Source of the DNA: Hylemonella sp.
GTDB lineage: Bacteria; Pseudomonadota; Gammaproteobacteria; Burkholderiales; Burkholderiaceae_C
Direction: 5' to 3'
Assembly (NCBI GenBank): GCA_032118555.1
Contig: JAULXO010000004.1
Location: forward strand, 36,019 to 100,018
DNA length: 64,000 nt
Each line of letters opens with the position of its first letter. The stretch's first letter is position 1. A program made the translations under genes and the position numbers. Positions 56,340 through 64,000 of this stretch are shown here, piece after piece. Below the pieces are notes generated by a model. That model was not told where the DNA came from, did no database searches, and saw only the letters and a list, made by a program, of their open reading frames with translations.

Positions 56340-58682
56340 ATGGTCAAGCGTTTGGCAGCCGAGCGGGCAAGTGGGCAGGTTCTGGTGTCACCGGGGCTCG
56401 GACAGGCACCGGTGCTGGACCTGATGTGCTCGCACTTCATCCTCACCTTGGCCGCGCGCCTGGGCGCCGGCTTCAACGCGCGCCGCGACTTGGCCGGGGT
56501 GGTGGCGCTGGCCGGTCGTCACCTGGTGTGGCCGGCGCCGGTGCTGCAACGTCTGCGCGAGTACTTGGTGCGCCGCTGCGAAGACAACGAGCTGTGGCAG
56601 GGACAGCAAGCCCTGGGTGCGCAGGATTTCCTGGCGCGCTTCGGCGACTGGCGCGGTCCCTATGACGAGAGCACGCTGTTCTTCTACCTGGACGAATACG
56701 CCAAGGAGCAGCCCAAGGATCTGCTGACGGTGCTGGCCGTCACGCGCGACTGGTTGGCACAGGCGCTCAAGAAGCAGTCCACCCTGGTCGAGAAGAATAT
56801 CGACGCCCTGGCCGGGCTGCTGCAGCTCAACCAGGCCGAGCGGGCGCTGCTGCTGTACGGCACGCTGGCGCGCTATCAGCGCGAGCTGCGCAGCGTGTTG
56901 GTGGAGTTCAAGGTCAACAACGCGCCGGAAGCCTATGCCGTGATCGCCGAGGTGGCCGGCGTGAACCCGGCGGAGGTGGGTGAGGCGCTGCGCGCCGGCT
57001 CGCGGCTGGAGCGCATCGGGCTGGTTGACAACCTGATCTCCGAGCACAACATCACCGATCTGGCCGACCTGATGAAGGTGAGCGAAAAGCTGCCGTCGGT
57101 GCTGATGCGCCAGTACCGCGACCAGTCGGAGCTGATGGCCGTATTTACCCGGCCCTCGGCCCGCAGCCATCTGGGCTTGAGTGACTTTGCCTTCATCGAG
57201 GAGGATGCGCAGGTACTGTGCGCGCTGCTGCAGCAGGCAGTGGCGCGCAAGGAGGCAGGCGTCAATGTGCTGCTCTACGGCCCGCCCGGTACCGGCAAGA
57301 CCGAGCTGGCCAAGGTGGTGGCGCAGGCGGCAGGGTTGGACTTGTTCGAGGTGGAATACGCTGACCGCGACGGCAACTCCCTCAGCGGCCGTGACCGCTA
57401 CCGATCCTTGCAGATCGCCCAGGCCTTTCTCAAGGGCAGCGCGCAGGCGGCCTTGCTGTTCGATGAAGTGGAGGATGTCTTTCCGCCCATCTCGACCGAG
57501 GCCGCGCAACTGCTGGCCCGTGCCGAGCAGGTGGCGCCGCCGGCCAATGGCAGCGTCAGCGGCAAGGCCTGGGTCAACCAGATCCTCGAGTCCAACCCGG
57601 TGCCTACCATCTGGGTGACCAACCGCATCGAACAGATCGACCCGGCATTCCGGCGCCGTTTCGCCTACCACCTTGAGCTCAAGTCGCCGGCGCCTGGCGC
57701 CCGCGAAGGGCTGGTGCGCAAGACGCTGGACGGTGTGCCGGTGTCGGACGCCTTCGTCGCCCGCCTGACCGCGCGCAAGGGGCTGACGCCGGCACAGATC
57801 CGCACGGCGGTGCGCTTTGCCGGCCTGGTGGGTGCCGAGCCATCCCGCATGCCGGGGGTCGACGCGACCGCGCTGCGCATGGAACAGCTGATCGAGCGTC
57901 AGCTGCGCAATGCCGATCTGGCGCTGGGCAAGCGCGACGGTGTCACCCTCGCGCGTCGCATGGCGACGCAGTACCAGCTGGATCTGCTGAATGTCGAGAG
58001 CCGCTACGCGGTGCCACGCATGGTACAGGCGCTGCAGGCGCGGGGGCATGGCACGATGTGCTTCTATGGCCCGCCAGGCAGCGGCAAGACGGCGCTGGCC
58101 GAGCACATTGCCAGTGAACTCGGGCGGCCCATCCTGGTTCGCCAGGCCAGCGACATCATGAGCAAGTTCATCGGCGAGACCGAGCAGAACATGGCTGCCA
58201 TGTTTGCCGAAGCGGAAAGCGAGGACGCCGTGCTGCTGCTCGACGAGGCGGACAGCTTCCTGCAGGACCGGCGCGGCGCCCAGCGCACTTACGAGGTCAC
58301 CGAGGTCAACGAGATGCTGCAGGGCATGGAGCGCTTCAACGGCATCTTCATCTGCACCACCAACCTGCTCGACCGCATCGACCAGGCAGCCTTGCGCCGC
58401 TTCACCTTCAAGATCCGCTTCAAGCCGCTGACACGGGCACAGCGCGAAGCCATGTTCGTCGCCGAGGTGCTGGGCGGCGAGCCGGGGCAGCTGAGTGATG
58501 CACTGCGGGCGCGCTTGGCTGAACTGGAGCAGCTCTGCCCTGGTGATTTTGCTGCGGTGCAGCGTCAGGCGGTGATCCTGGGCGAGGCGCTCGCTCCGGA
58601 GGAATTTCTGGCCCAGCTGGAGGCCGAGCACCGCCTCAAACCCGAGGTGCGGGAGGCCCGCAACATCGGCTTTTTGCCTTGA
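56340..58682 (+). CDS. Tandem AAA+ ATPase (two AAA modules)
   Basis: GPPGTGKT/LLFDEVED/DPAFRRRF and GPPGSGKT/LLLDEADS/TTN/DQAALRRF. Confidence 0.93.
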   Translation: MVKRLAAERASGQVLVSPGLGQAPVLDLMCSHFILTLAARLGAGFNARRDLAGVVALAGRHLVWPAPVLQRLREYLVRRCEDNELWQGQQALGAQDFLARFGDWRGPYDESTLFFYLDEYAKEQPKDLLTVLAVTRDWLAQALKKQSTLVEKNIDALAGLLQLNQAERALLLYGTLARYQRELRSVLVEFKVNNAPEAYAVIAEVAGVNPAEVGEALRAGSRLERIGLVDNLISEHNITDLADLMKVSEKLPSVLMRQYRDQSELMAVFTRPSARSHLGLSDFAFIEEDAQVLCALLQQAVARKEAGVNVLLYGPPGTGKTELAKVVAQAAGLDLFEVEYADRDGNSLSGRDRYRSLQIAQAFLKGSAQAALLFDEVEDVFPPISTEAAQLLARAEQVAPPANGSVSGKAWVNQILESNPVPTIWVTNRIEQIDPAFRRRFAYHLELKSPAPGAREGLVRKTLDGVPVSDAFVARLTARKGLTPAQIRTAVRFAGLVGAEPSRMPGVDATALRMEQLIERQLRNADLALGKRDGVTLARRMATQYQLDLLNVESRYAVPRMVQALQARGHGTMCFYGPPGSGKTALAEHIASELGRPILVRQASDIMSKFIGETEQNMAAMFAEAESEDAVLLLDEADSFLQDRRGAQRTYEVTEVNEMLQGMERFNGIFICTTNLLDRIDQAALRRFTFKIRFKPLTRAQREAMFVAEVLGGEPGQLSDALRARLAELEQLCPGDFAAVQRQAVILGEALAPEEFLAQLEAEHRLKPEVREARNIGFLP

Positions 58683-58717
58683 CGGCGCCGGCTTCGCCGG
58701 CCGATGGCGACGGCCGG

Positions 58718-58744
58718 GGTCAAAAAAATGTCAGTTTGCTGTCA
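58718..58744 (+). promoter_or_regulatory. Triple (G/T)GTCA direct repeat with 11-bp period (Pho-box/OmpR-family-like)
   Basis: GGTCAAAAAAATGTCAGTTTGCTGTCA. Confidence 0.5.
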
Positions 58745-58858
58745 ACCGCCGCCCGGCCTGATACGTAATTACCGAAAGCGCATGTTGTGCGACATGCCGG
58801 ATTCCCGAACAAGGGGCTGTCGGCGCGACATGGATCCATCAATTGACGTATTGCGGCT

Positions 58859-59149
58859 ATGCACAAAGATTCCATCAAGGTGCCTGAGCAAGGCACTTAC
58901 AAGTGGCAGCTCTTCAAGCAGTGGACGGATGAATTCCGCCAAACCCATGCCGACCATGTGGCCTATATTGCACTGCACTTGGCCGGGGTACTGGACCCGT
59001 GCCGCAACAAGCTCAATACCCTGATCCAGCGCCACCAGCAGCAGCGCGACGGCGCGCGCAGCGAACGGCACCGTCGGGCCATCGCCCGCCTGCAAGCCAC
59101 CATGACGGGTGCCGCCGTCGCCTACGAAACCAATTTTCGCCGCCATTGA
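58859..59149 (+). CDS. Hypothetical protein, 96 aa
   Basis: ORF fills the intergenic gap and has a non-shadow amino-acid composition; no recognised motif, weak RBS. Confidence 0.5.
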   Translation: MHKDSIKVPEQGTYKWQLFKQWTDEFRQTHADHVAYIALHLAGVLDPCRNKLNTLIQRHQQQRDGARSERHRRAIARLQATMTGAAVAYETNFRRH

Positions 59150-59201
59150 GGCGCAAGGCGGCCTGCGACTGGGGGGTCCAGGCCGACTCATCCAAGTCGG
59201 C

Positions 59202-59534
59202 TCACGTACCGGTCTGCTGGCTCAGCCAAGCCAGGTAGTCGGCAGAGCCCGCCGTGATCGGTACCTGCACGATCTCGGGCGTCTCGTAGCGGTGATGGGC
59301 GCGGATGAAGTCTTCCAGCGCCGCATAGCGCGCCACCTGCGATTTGATCAACAGCAGCCACTCCTTTTCTGCGCAGGGCTGCTCCTTCCAGACATAGAAG
59401 CTCTTGACCGCCTGCACCTGCACGCAGGCGGCCAGACGCGCTTGCACGATCTGCTGCGCCAGCGTCTCCGCCTCGGCCTCCGAGGCTGTGGCGGTCATGA
59501 CCAGACAGTAGTCGTCAGCGGGGGTGGGCGTCAT
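59202..59534 (-). CDS. cutA: Divalent-cation tolerance protein CutA
   Basis: LAACVQ, SFYVW, E.LLLIKS, HRYETPEIV..PI..GS..YL.W. Confidence 0.93.
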   Translation of the reverse strand: MTPTPADDYCLVMTATASEAEAETLAQQIVQARLAACVQVQAVKSFYVWKEQPCAEKEWLLLIKSQVARYAALEDFIRAHHRYETPEIVQVPITAGSADYLAWLSQQTGT

Positions 59535-59574
59535 GAGGCAACTGTAGCGTGAACGCGTTGGCGGCCACCCGCAC

Positions 59575-60999
59575 TCAGCGCTGTGCCACCGGCTCGGCCG
59601 GTGCCTTCCAGCCACCGCCCAGCGCCTTGTAGAGCGCCACACGGTTCTGCTGCTGGGCCAGGCGAATCTGCGCGGCCTGTTGCTGTGCGGCATAGAGGGC
59701 GCGTTGCGCGTCCAGCAGGTCCAGCGAGCTGGCCACCCCGCTTTGGAAGCGCAATTCGGCCAGGCGCACGCGTTCGGCCTCGGCCCGGGCTTGCGCTTCC
59801 TGCGCCTGCAGCTGTTCGCCCAGGGTGGCGCGGCCGGCCAGGGTGTCGGCCACGTCCCGGAAAGCGGTCTGGATCGCCTTCTCGTACTGCGCCACGGCAA
59901 TGTCGCGCCCGGCCTTGGCCGATTCGAGGTTGGCGCGGTTGCGCCCGCCATCGAAGACCGGCAGCACCGCCTGCGGTGCCAGGCTCCAGCCCCAGGTGCC
60001 GCTCTTGAACAGGTTGTTCAGGTCGCTGCTGGCCGAGCCGGCAAAGGCGGTGAGCGAGATGCGCGGGAAAAAGGCGGCGCGGGCCGCGCCGATGTTGGCG
60101 TTGGCTGCGATCAACTGCTGCTCCGCTTGACGGATGTCGGGCCGGCGCGTCAGCACCTCGGACGGCAGGCCGACCGGCACGTCCTTGAAGGTCGGCACCG
60201 CGCTGGCGGCGCTGAGCAGCGGCTCCGGCACGGCCTGGCCGACCAGCAGCGTCAGGGCGTTGACGTCCTGGGCGCGCAGGCGTTGCTGCTGCGCCAAGCT
60301 GGCGCGGGCCGCGGCGGCCAGCGATTCGGCTTGGCTCAGGTCGAGCGCCGAACTGGCACCGTTCTCGAAACGCAGCCGGGTCAGGCGCAGCGAATCCTCG
60401 CGCGTGGCCAAGGTGCGTTGTGCCAGCGTCAGCAGCTCGGTGTTGGTCTGCAGGCTGAGCCAAGTGCTGGCGACCGAGGCGACCAGGCTGATCTGGGCCG
60501 CCTTGCGCGCCTCTTCCGTGGCCAGGTACTGGGCCAGCGCGGCTTCCTTCAGGCTGCCGAGGCGGCCGAAGAAATCCAATTCCCACGCCGCGGAGGACGG
60601 AATGAGCAACCCGCCGGTGAAGGTGGAGTTGACGCTCTTGTCCAACTCGGAGGTCGACTGCCGGCTGCCGGTGATGGCGGCATTGACCGTGGGCAGCTGG
60701 TCGGCGCGCCGGATCTGGTACTGGGCCCGGGTCTGCTCGATGTTGAGCACGGCCACCCGCAGGTCGCGGTTGTTGGCCAGCGCCAGGCGGATCACCTCGC
60801 GCAGCTGCGCGTCGCCGACGAAGTCCTGCCAGTCGAGGTCGGGTGCGGGCGTGGCTGCGGCGGAGGCGCGCGGCGCGTCGGCCCATTGGGTAGCGACCGG
60901 CGCAGCCGGGCGCTCCAGGCTGGGAATCAGGGAACAGCCGGCCAGCAGCGCGGCGGCGGCCAGGGCCGGCAGGGTGCGGAGGAACAGGGGTTTAGTCAT
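59575..60999 (-). CDS. RND outer membrane lipoprotein (NodT/OprM family)
   Basis: Lipobox LAGC, ALANNRDLR, WELDFFGR, RRPDIRQAE, ALYKALGGGW. Confidence 0.95.
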   Translation of the reverse strand: MTKPLFLRTLPALAAAALLAGCSLIPSLERPAAPVATQWADAPRASAAATPAPDLDWQDFVGDAQLREVIRLALANNRDLRVAVLNIEQTRAQYQIRRADQLPTVNAAITGSRQSTSELDKSVNSTFTGGLLIPSSAAWELDFFGRLGSLKEAALAQYLATEEARKAAQISLVASVASTWLSLQTNTELLTLAQRTLATREDSLRLTRLRFENGASSALDLSQAESLAAAARASLAQQQRLRAQDVNALTLLVGQAVPEPLLSAASAVPTFKDVPVGLPSEVLTRRPDIRQAEQQLIAANANIGAARAAFFPRISLTAFAGSASSDLNNLFKSGTWGWSLAPQAVLPVFDGGRNRANLESAKAGRDIAVAQYEKAIQTAFRDVADTLAGRATLGEQLQAQEAQARAEAERVRLAELRFQSGVASSLDLLDAQRALYAAQQQAAQIRLAQQQNRVALYKALGGGWKAPAEPVAQR

Positions 61000-63900
61000 G
61001 CGGATGCACTCCCAGATGCGCAGCATCCTGCGCATGGACGGCGTGCTGGCGCGCGCTGCCTTTGAAGATGCTGCGCACCACCACGAAGAAGATTGGAACG
61101 AAGACCACGGCCAGCACGGTGCCGGTGAGCATGCCGCCGATCACGCCGGTGCCGATGGCGCGCTGGCTGGCCGAACCGGCACCGGAGGCGATGGCCAGCG
61201 GCAGCACGCCCAGCGTGAAGGCCATGGAGGTCATGATGATGGGGCGAAAGCGCAGATGGGCCGCTTCCAGTGCCGCCTTGATCACGCTCTTGCCCTGGGC
61301 CTGCAGGTCCTTGGCGAATTCGATGATCAGGATGGCGTTCTTCGCCGACAAGCCGATGATGGTGATCAGGCCGACCTGGAAGTACACATCGTTGGCGTAA
61401 TTGCGCAGCAGCGTGGCGAGCAGAACACCTACCACGCCCAGCGGCACCACCAGAATGACGGCCAGCGGAATGGTCCAGCTCTCGTACAGCGCGGCCAGGC
61501 AGAGGAACACCGCCAGGATGGCAAAGCCGTAGACCACCAGCGCCTGCGCGCCAGCGAGCTTTTCCTCGCGCGACAGGCCGGTCCACTCGTAGCCGAAGCC
61601 GGCCGGCAACTGGGCCGCGAGCCGCTCCATCTCGGCCATGGCCGCGCCAGTGCTGTAGCCGGGCGCGGCACTGCCGCTCAGGCGCATGGCCGGGTAGCCG
61701 TTGTAGCGCACGGTCTGCATGGCGCCCTGGATCCAGCGCGTGCTGGCGAAGGCCGACAGGGGTACCGACTGGCCGCGGCTGTTGAGCACATTGAGCTTGA
61801 GCAGGTCTTCCGGCTGCATGCGAGCCGGCGCGTCAGCCTGTACCACCACGCGTTGCAGGCGCCCGGCGTTGGGGAAGTCGTTGATGTAGCTCGAGCCCAG
61901 CGCGGTGGAGATCACGCTGTTGATGGCGTCGAAGCCCACGCCCAATGCCTGGGCCTTGTCACGGTCGATGTCCAGCTGCAACTGCGGTGCGTCTTCCAGG
62001 CCGTCCGGGCGCACCTGGGTGATGACCTTGCTTTGCGCTGCCATGCCCAGCAACTGGTTGCGCGCCGCCAGCAGGGCGTCGTGACCCAGGCCGGCACGGT
62101 CCTGCAGCCGGAAGCTGAAGCCCGAGGAGGAGCCAAGCTCCGGAATGGACGGCGGGCTCAAGGGGAAGATGAACGCATCGCGGATGCCCATCAACGCACC
62201 GAAGGCGCGCCCGGCCAGTGCCTGGGCCGAGCTGCCCGGCGCCGTGCGTTCGGCCCAGTCCTTCAGCGTGACGAAAGCGAGCGCGGCGTTCTGGCCCTGG
62301 CCGGAGAAGCTGAAGCCCAGCACGCCGACCATGCTCTGCACCTCCGGCTGCTGGAGGATGAAGCCTTCGACCTGCTGCATCACGGCCAGTGTGCGCTCCT
62401 GCGTCGCGCCCGGCGGCAGCTGCACGTTGACCAGCATGGTGCCCTGGTCTTCGTCCGGCAGGAAGGAGGTGGGCAGGCGCAGGTAGACAAAACCCACGAC
62501 GCCGATGATGGCGGCGTACACCAGCAGCGTGCGGCCGGCACGCGGCAGCAGGCGGGCCACAAAACCTTCATAGCCCTTGGCGGTGCGCGCAAAGCCGCGG
62601 TTGAAGCGGCCGAAAAAGCCGCTCTTCTCGTGGTGGTGGCCGGCTTCCACCGGCTTGAGCAGCGTGGCGCACAGCGCTGGTGTGAGCGAGAGCGCGAAGA
62701 AGGCCGAGAAGGCGATCGACACACCCATGACCGCCGCGAACTGGCGGTAGATGTTGCCCACCGAGCCGCTGAAGAAGGCCAGCGGCACGAACACCGCGAT
62801 CAGCACCACCGTCACGCCGACGATGGCGCCCGAGATCTGACCCATCGCCTTGCGCGTGGCTTGGCGTGGCGGCAGACCTTCCTCGCTCATGATGCGCTCG
62901 ACGTTCTCCACCACCACGATGGCGTCGTCCACCACGATGCCGATCACCAGCACCATGCCGAACATGGTCAGCACGTTGATCGAGAAGCCCAGCGCCAGCA
63001 GCGTGGCAAAGGTGCCCAGCAGCGCCACCGGCACCACGATGGTCGGAATCAGCGTGTAGCGCCAGTTCTGCAGGAACAGGAACATCACCAGGAACACCAG
63101 CGCCACGGCTTCAAAGAGCGTCTGCGCCACCTGTGTGATGGAGATGCGCACGAAGCGCGAGCTGTCGTAGGGGATGTCCCACTTCATGCCCTGGGGAAAG
63201 TACGCTTCCAGCTCATGCAGCTTGGCGCGCACCGCCTTGGCCGTGGCCAGTGCGTTGCCGCTGGGCGAGAGCTGCACGCCGATGCCGGTGGACGGCTTGC
63301 CGTTCAGGCGCGCGGAGGTGGCGTAGGCCTGGCCCCCGAGTTCGATGCGCGCCACGTCCTTCAGTCGCACGCTTGAGCCGTCGGCATTGGCCCGCAGCAC
63401 GATGCGGCCGAACTGCTCGACGTTGGAGAGCTGGCCGTTGACCACCACCGTGGCGGCGATGCCCTGGCCCGCCACGTTGGGCAGCGCGCCGATCTCGCCG
63501 GAAGCGACCTGTGCGTTCTGCGCCCGGATGGCATTGGTGACGTCGGTGGCCGACAGGTTGTAGCCCAACAGCTTGGCCGGGTCGATCCAGATGCGCATGG
63601 CGCGCTCGGTGCCGAACAACTGCGCCTGGCCGACGCCGGGCACGCGCTGGATTTCAGGCAGCACATTGCGCGAGGCGTAGTCGCCCAGCGCCACCGGGTC
63701 CCAGGCCGGGTCGTCGGACGACAGGATGGTGAACAGCAGGAAGTTGCTGCGCGACTTGTCCACGCGCACGCCCTGCTGCGTCACCGCCGCCGGCAGGCGC
63801 GGTGTGGCGCGCGACAGCCGGTTCTGCACATCCACTTGCGCCAGATCGGCGTTGGTGCCGGGCTCGAAGCTGATGGTGATCTGGCCGGTGCCGTTGGCCT

Positions 63901-64000
63901 GCGCCACCGACTCCATGTAGATCAGGCCGGGCGAGCCGTTCATCTCGCGCTCGATGATGGACAGCACGCTGTCTTCCAGCGTCTGCGCCGAAGCGCCGGG
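60992..64000 (-). CDS. RND efflux permease (AcrB/MexB, HAE1 family); 5' end outside the window
   Basis: IGIVVDDAIVVVENVER, GLSAKNAILIIEFA, LRFRPIIMTS. Confidence 0.96.
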   Translation of the reverse strand, partial: PGASAQTLEDSVLSIIEREMNGSPGLIYMESVAQANGTGQITISFEPGTNADLAQVDVQNRLSRATPRLPAAVTQQGVRVDKSRSNFLLFTILSSDDPAWDPVALGDYASRNVLPEIQRVPGVGQAQLFGTERAMRIWIDPAKLLGYNLSATDVTNAIRAQNAQVASGEIGALPNVAGQGIAATVVVNGQLSNVEQFGRIVLRANADGSSVRLKDVARIELGGQAYATSARLNGKPSTGIGVQLSPSGNALATAKAVRAKLHELEAYFPQGMKWDIPYDSSRFVRISITQVAQTLFEAVALVFLVMFLFLQNWRYTLIPTIVVPVALLGTFATLLALGFSINVLTMFGMVLVIGIVVDDAIVVVENVERIMSEEGLPPRQATRKAMGQISGAIVGVTVVLIAVFVPLAFFSGSVGNIYRQFAAVMGVSIAFSAFFALSLTPALCATLLKPVEAGHHHEKSGFFGRFNRGFARTAKGYEGFVARLLPRAGRTLLVYAAIIGVVGFVYLRLPTSFLPDEDQGTMLVNVQLPPGATQERTLAVMQQVEGFILQQPEVQSMVGVLGFSFSGQGQNAALAFVTLKDWAERTAPGSSAQALAGRAFGALMGIRDAFIFPLSPPSIPELGSSSGFSFRLQDRAGLGHDALLAARNQLLGMAAQSKVITQVRPDGLEDAPQLQLDIDRDKAQALGVGFDAINSVISTALGSSYINDFPNAGRLQRVVVQADAPARMQPEDLLKLNVLNSRGQSVPLSAFASTRWIQGAMQTVRYNGYPAMRLSGSAAPGYSTGAAMAEMERLAAQLPAGFGYEWTGLSREEKLAGAQALVVYGFAILAVFLCLAALYESWTIPLAVILVVPLGVVGVLLATLLRNYANDVYFQVGLITIIGLSAKNAILIIEFAKDLQAQGKSVIKAALEAAHLRFRPIIMTSMAFTLGVLPLAIASGAGSASQRAIGTGVIGGMLTGTVLAVVFVPIFFVVVRSIFKGSARQHAVHAQDAAHLGVHPHD

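Noticed and set aside
60134-63376. Very long antisense or alternate-frame ORFs (also 56388..58631, 6430..8475, 13269..15098, 17571..19490)
   Set aside because: Shadow ORFs expected from high-GC codon bias over well-supported genes.

Overview
GC-rich betaproteobacterial chromosome segment; gene content suggests Comamonadaceae/Burkholderiales (inference). It is mostly housekeeping and metabolic DNA. Main blocks: (1) CzcCB-like efflux genes, with a frameshifted TolC, divergent from an OmpR-family two-component system; (2) an AraC + Liv-type ABC transporter + aldehyde dehydrogenase cluster; (3) a CHASE-PAS-GGDEF cyclase; (4) mnmG-rsmG-(lysE)-parA-(hydrolase)-parB with four parS sites; (5) a small accessory patch with a low-GC solo HNH nuclease and a decayed fragment of the neighbouring FAD oxidase gene; (6) uracil salvage, acetoacetyl-CoA synthetase, glutaryl-CoA catabolism, PEP carboxykinase, a tandem AAA ATPase and an AcrB/OprM-type pump. 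I saw no tRNA, rRNA, CRISPR array, transposase or integrase. The most unusual signal is non-coding: two dispersed families of short palindromic repeats (five copies each) sit at gene boundaries and also occur in frame inside enzyme genes, and a ~420-bp fold-back element lies among the parS sites. Two small ORFs missed by the ORF track and several candidate RNA structures and operators are also reported. All product calls come from recognising motifs by eye; no database search was run.
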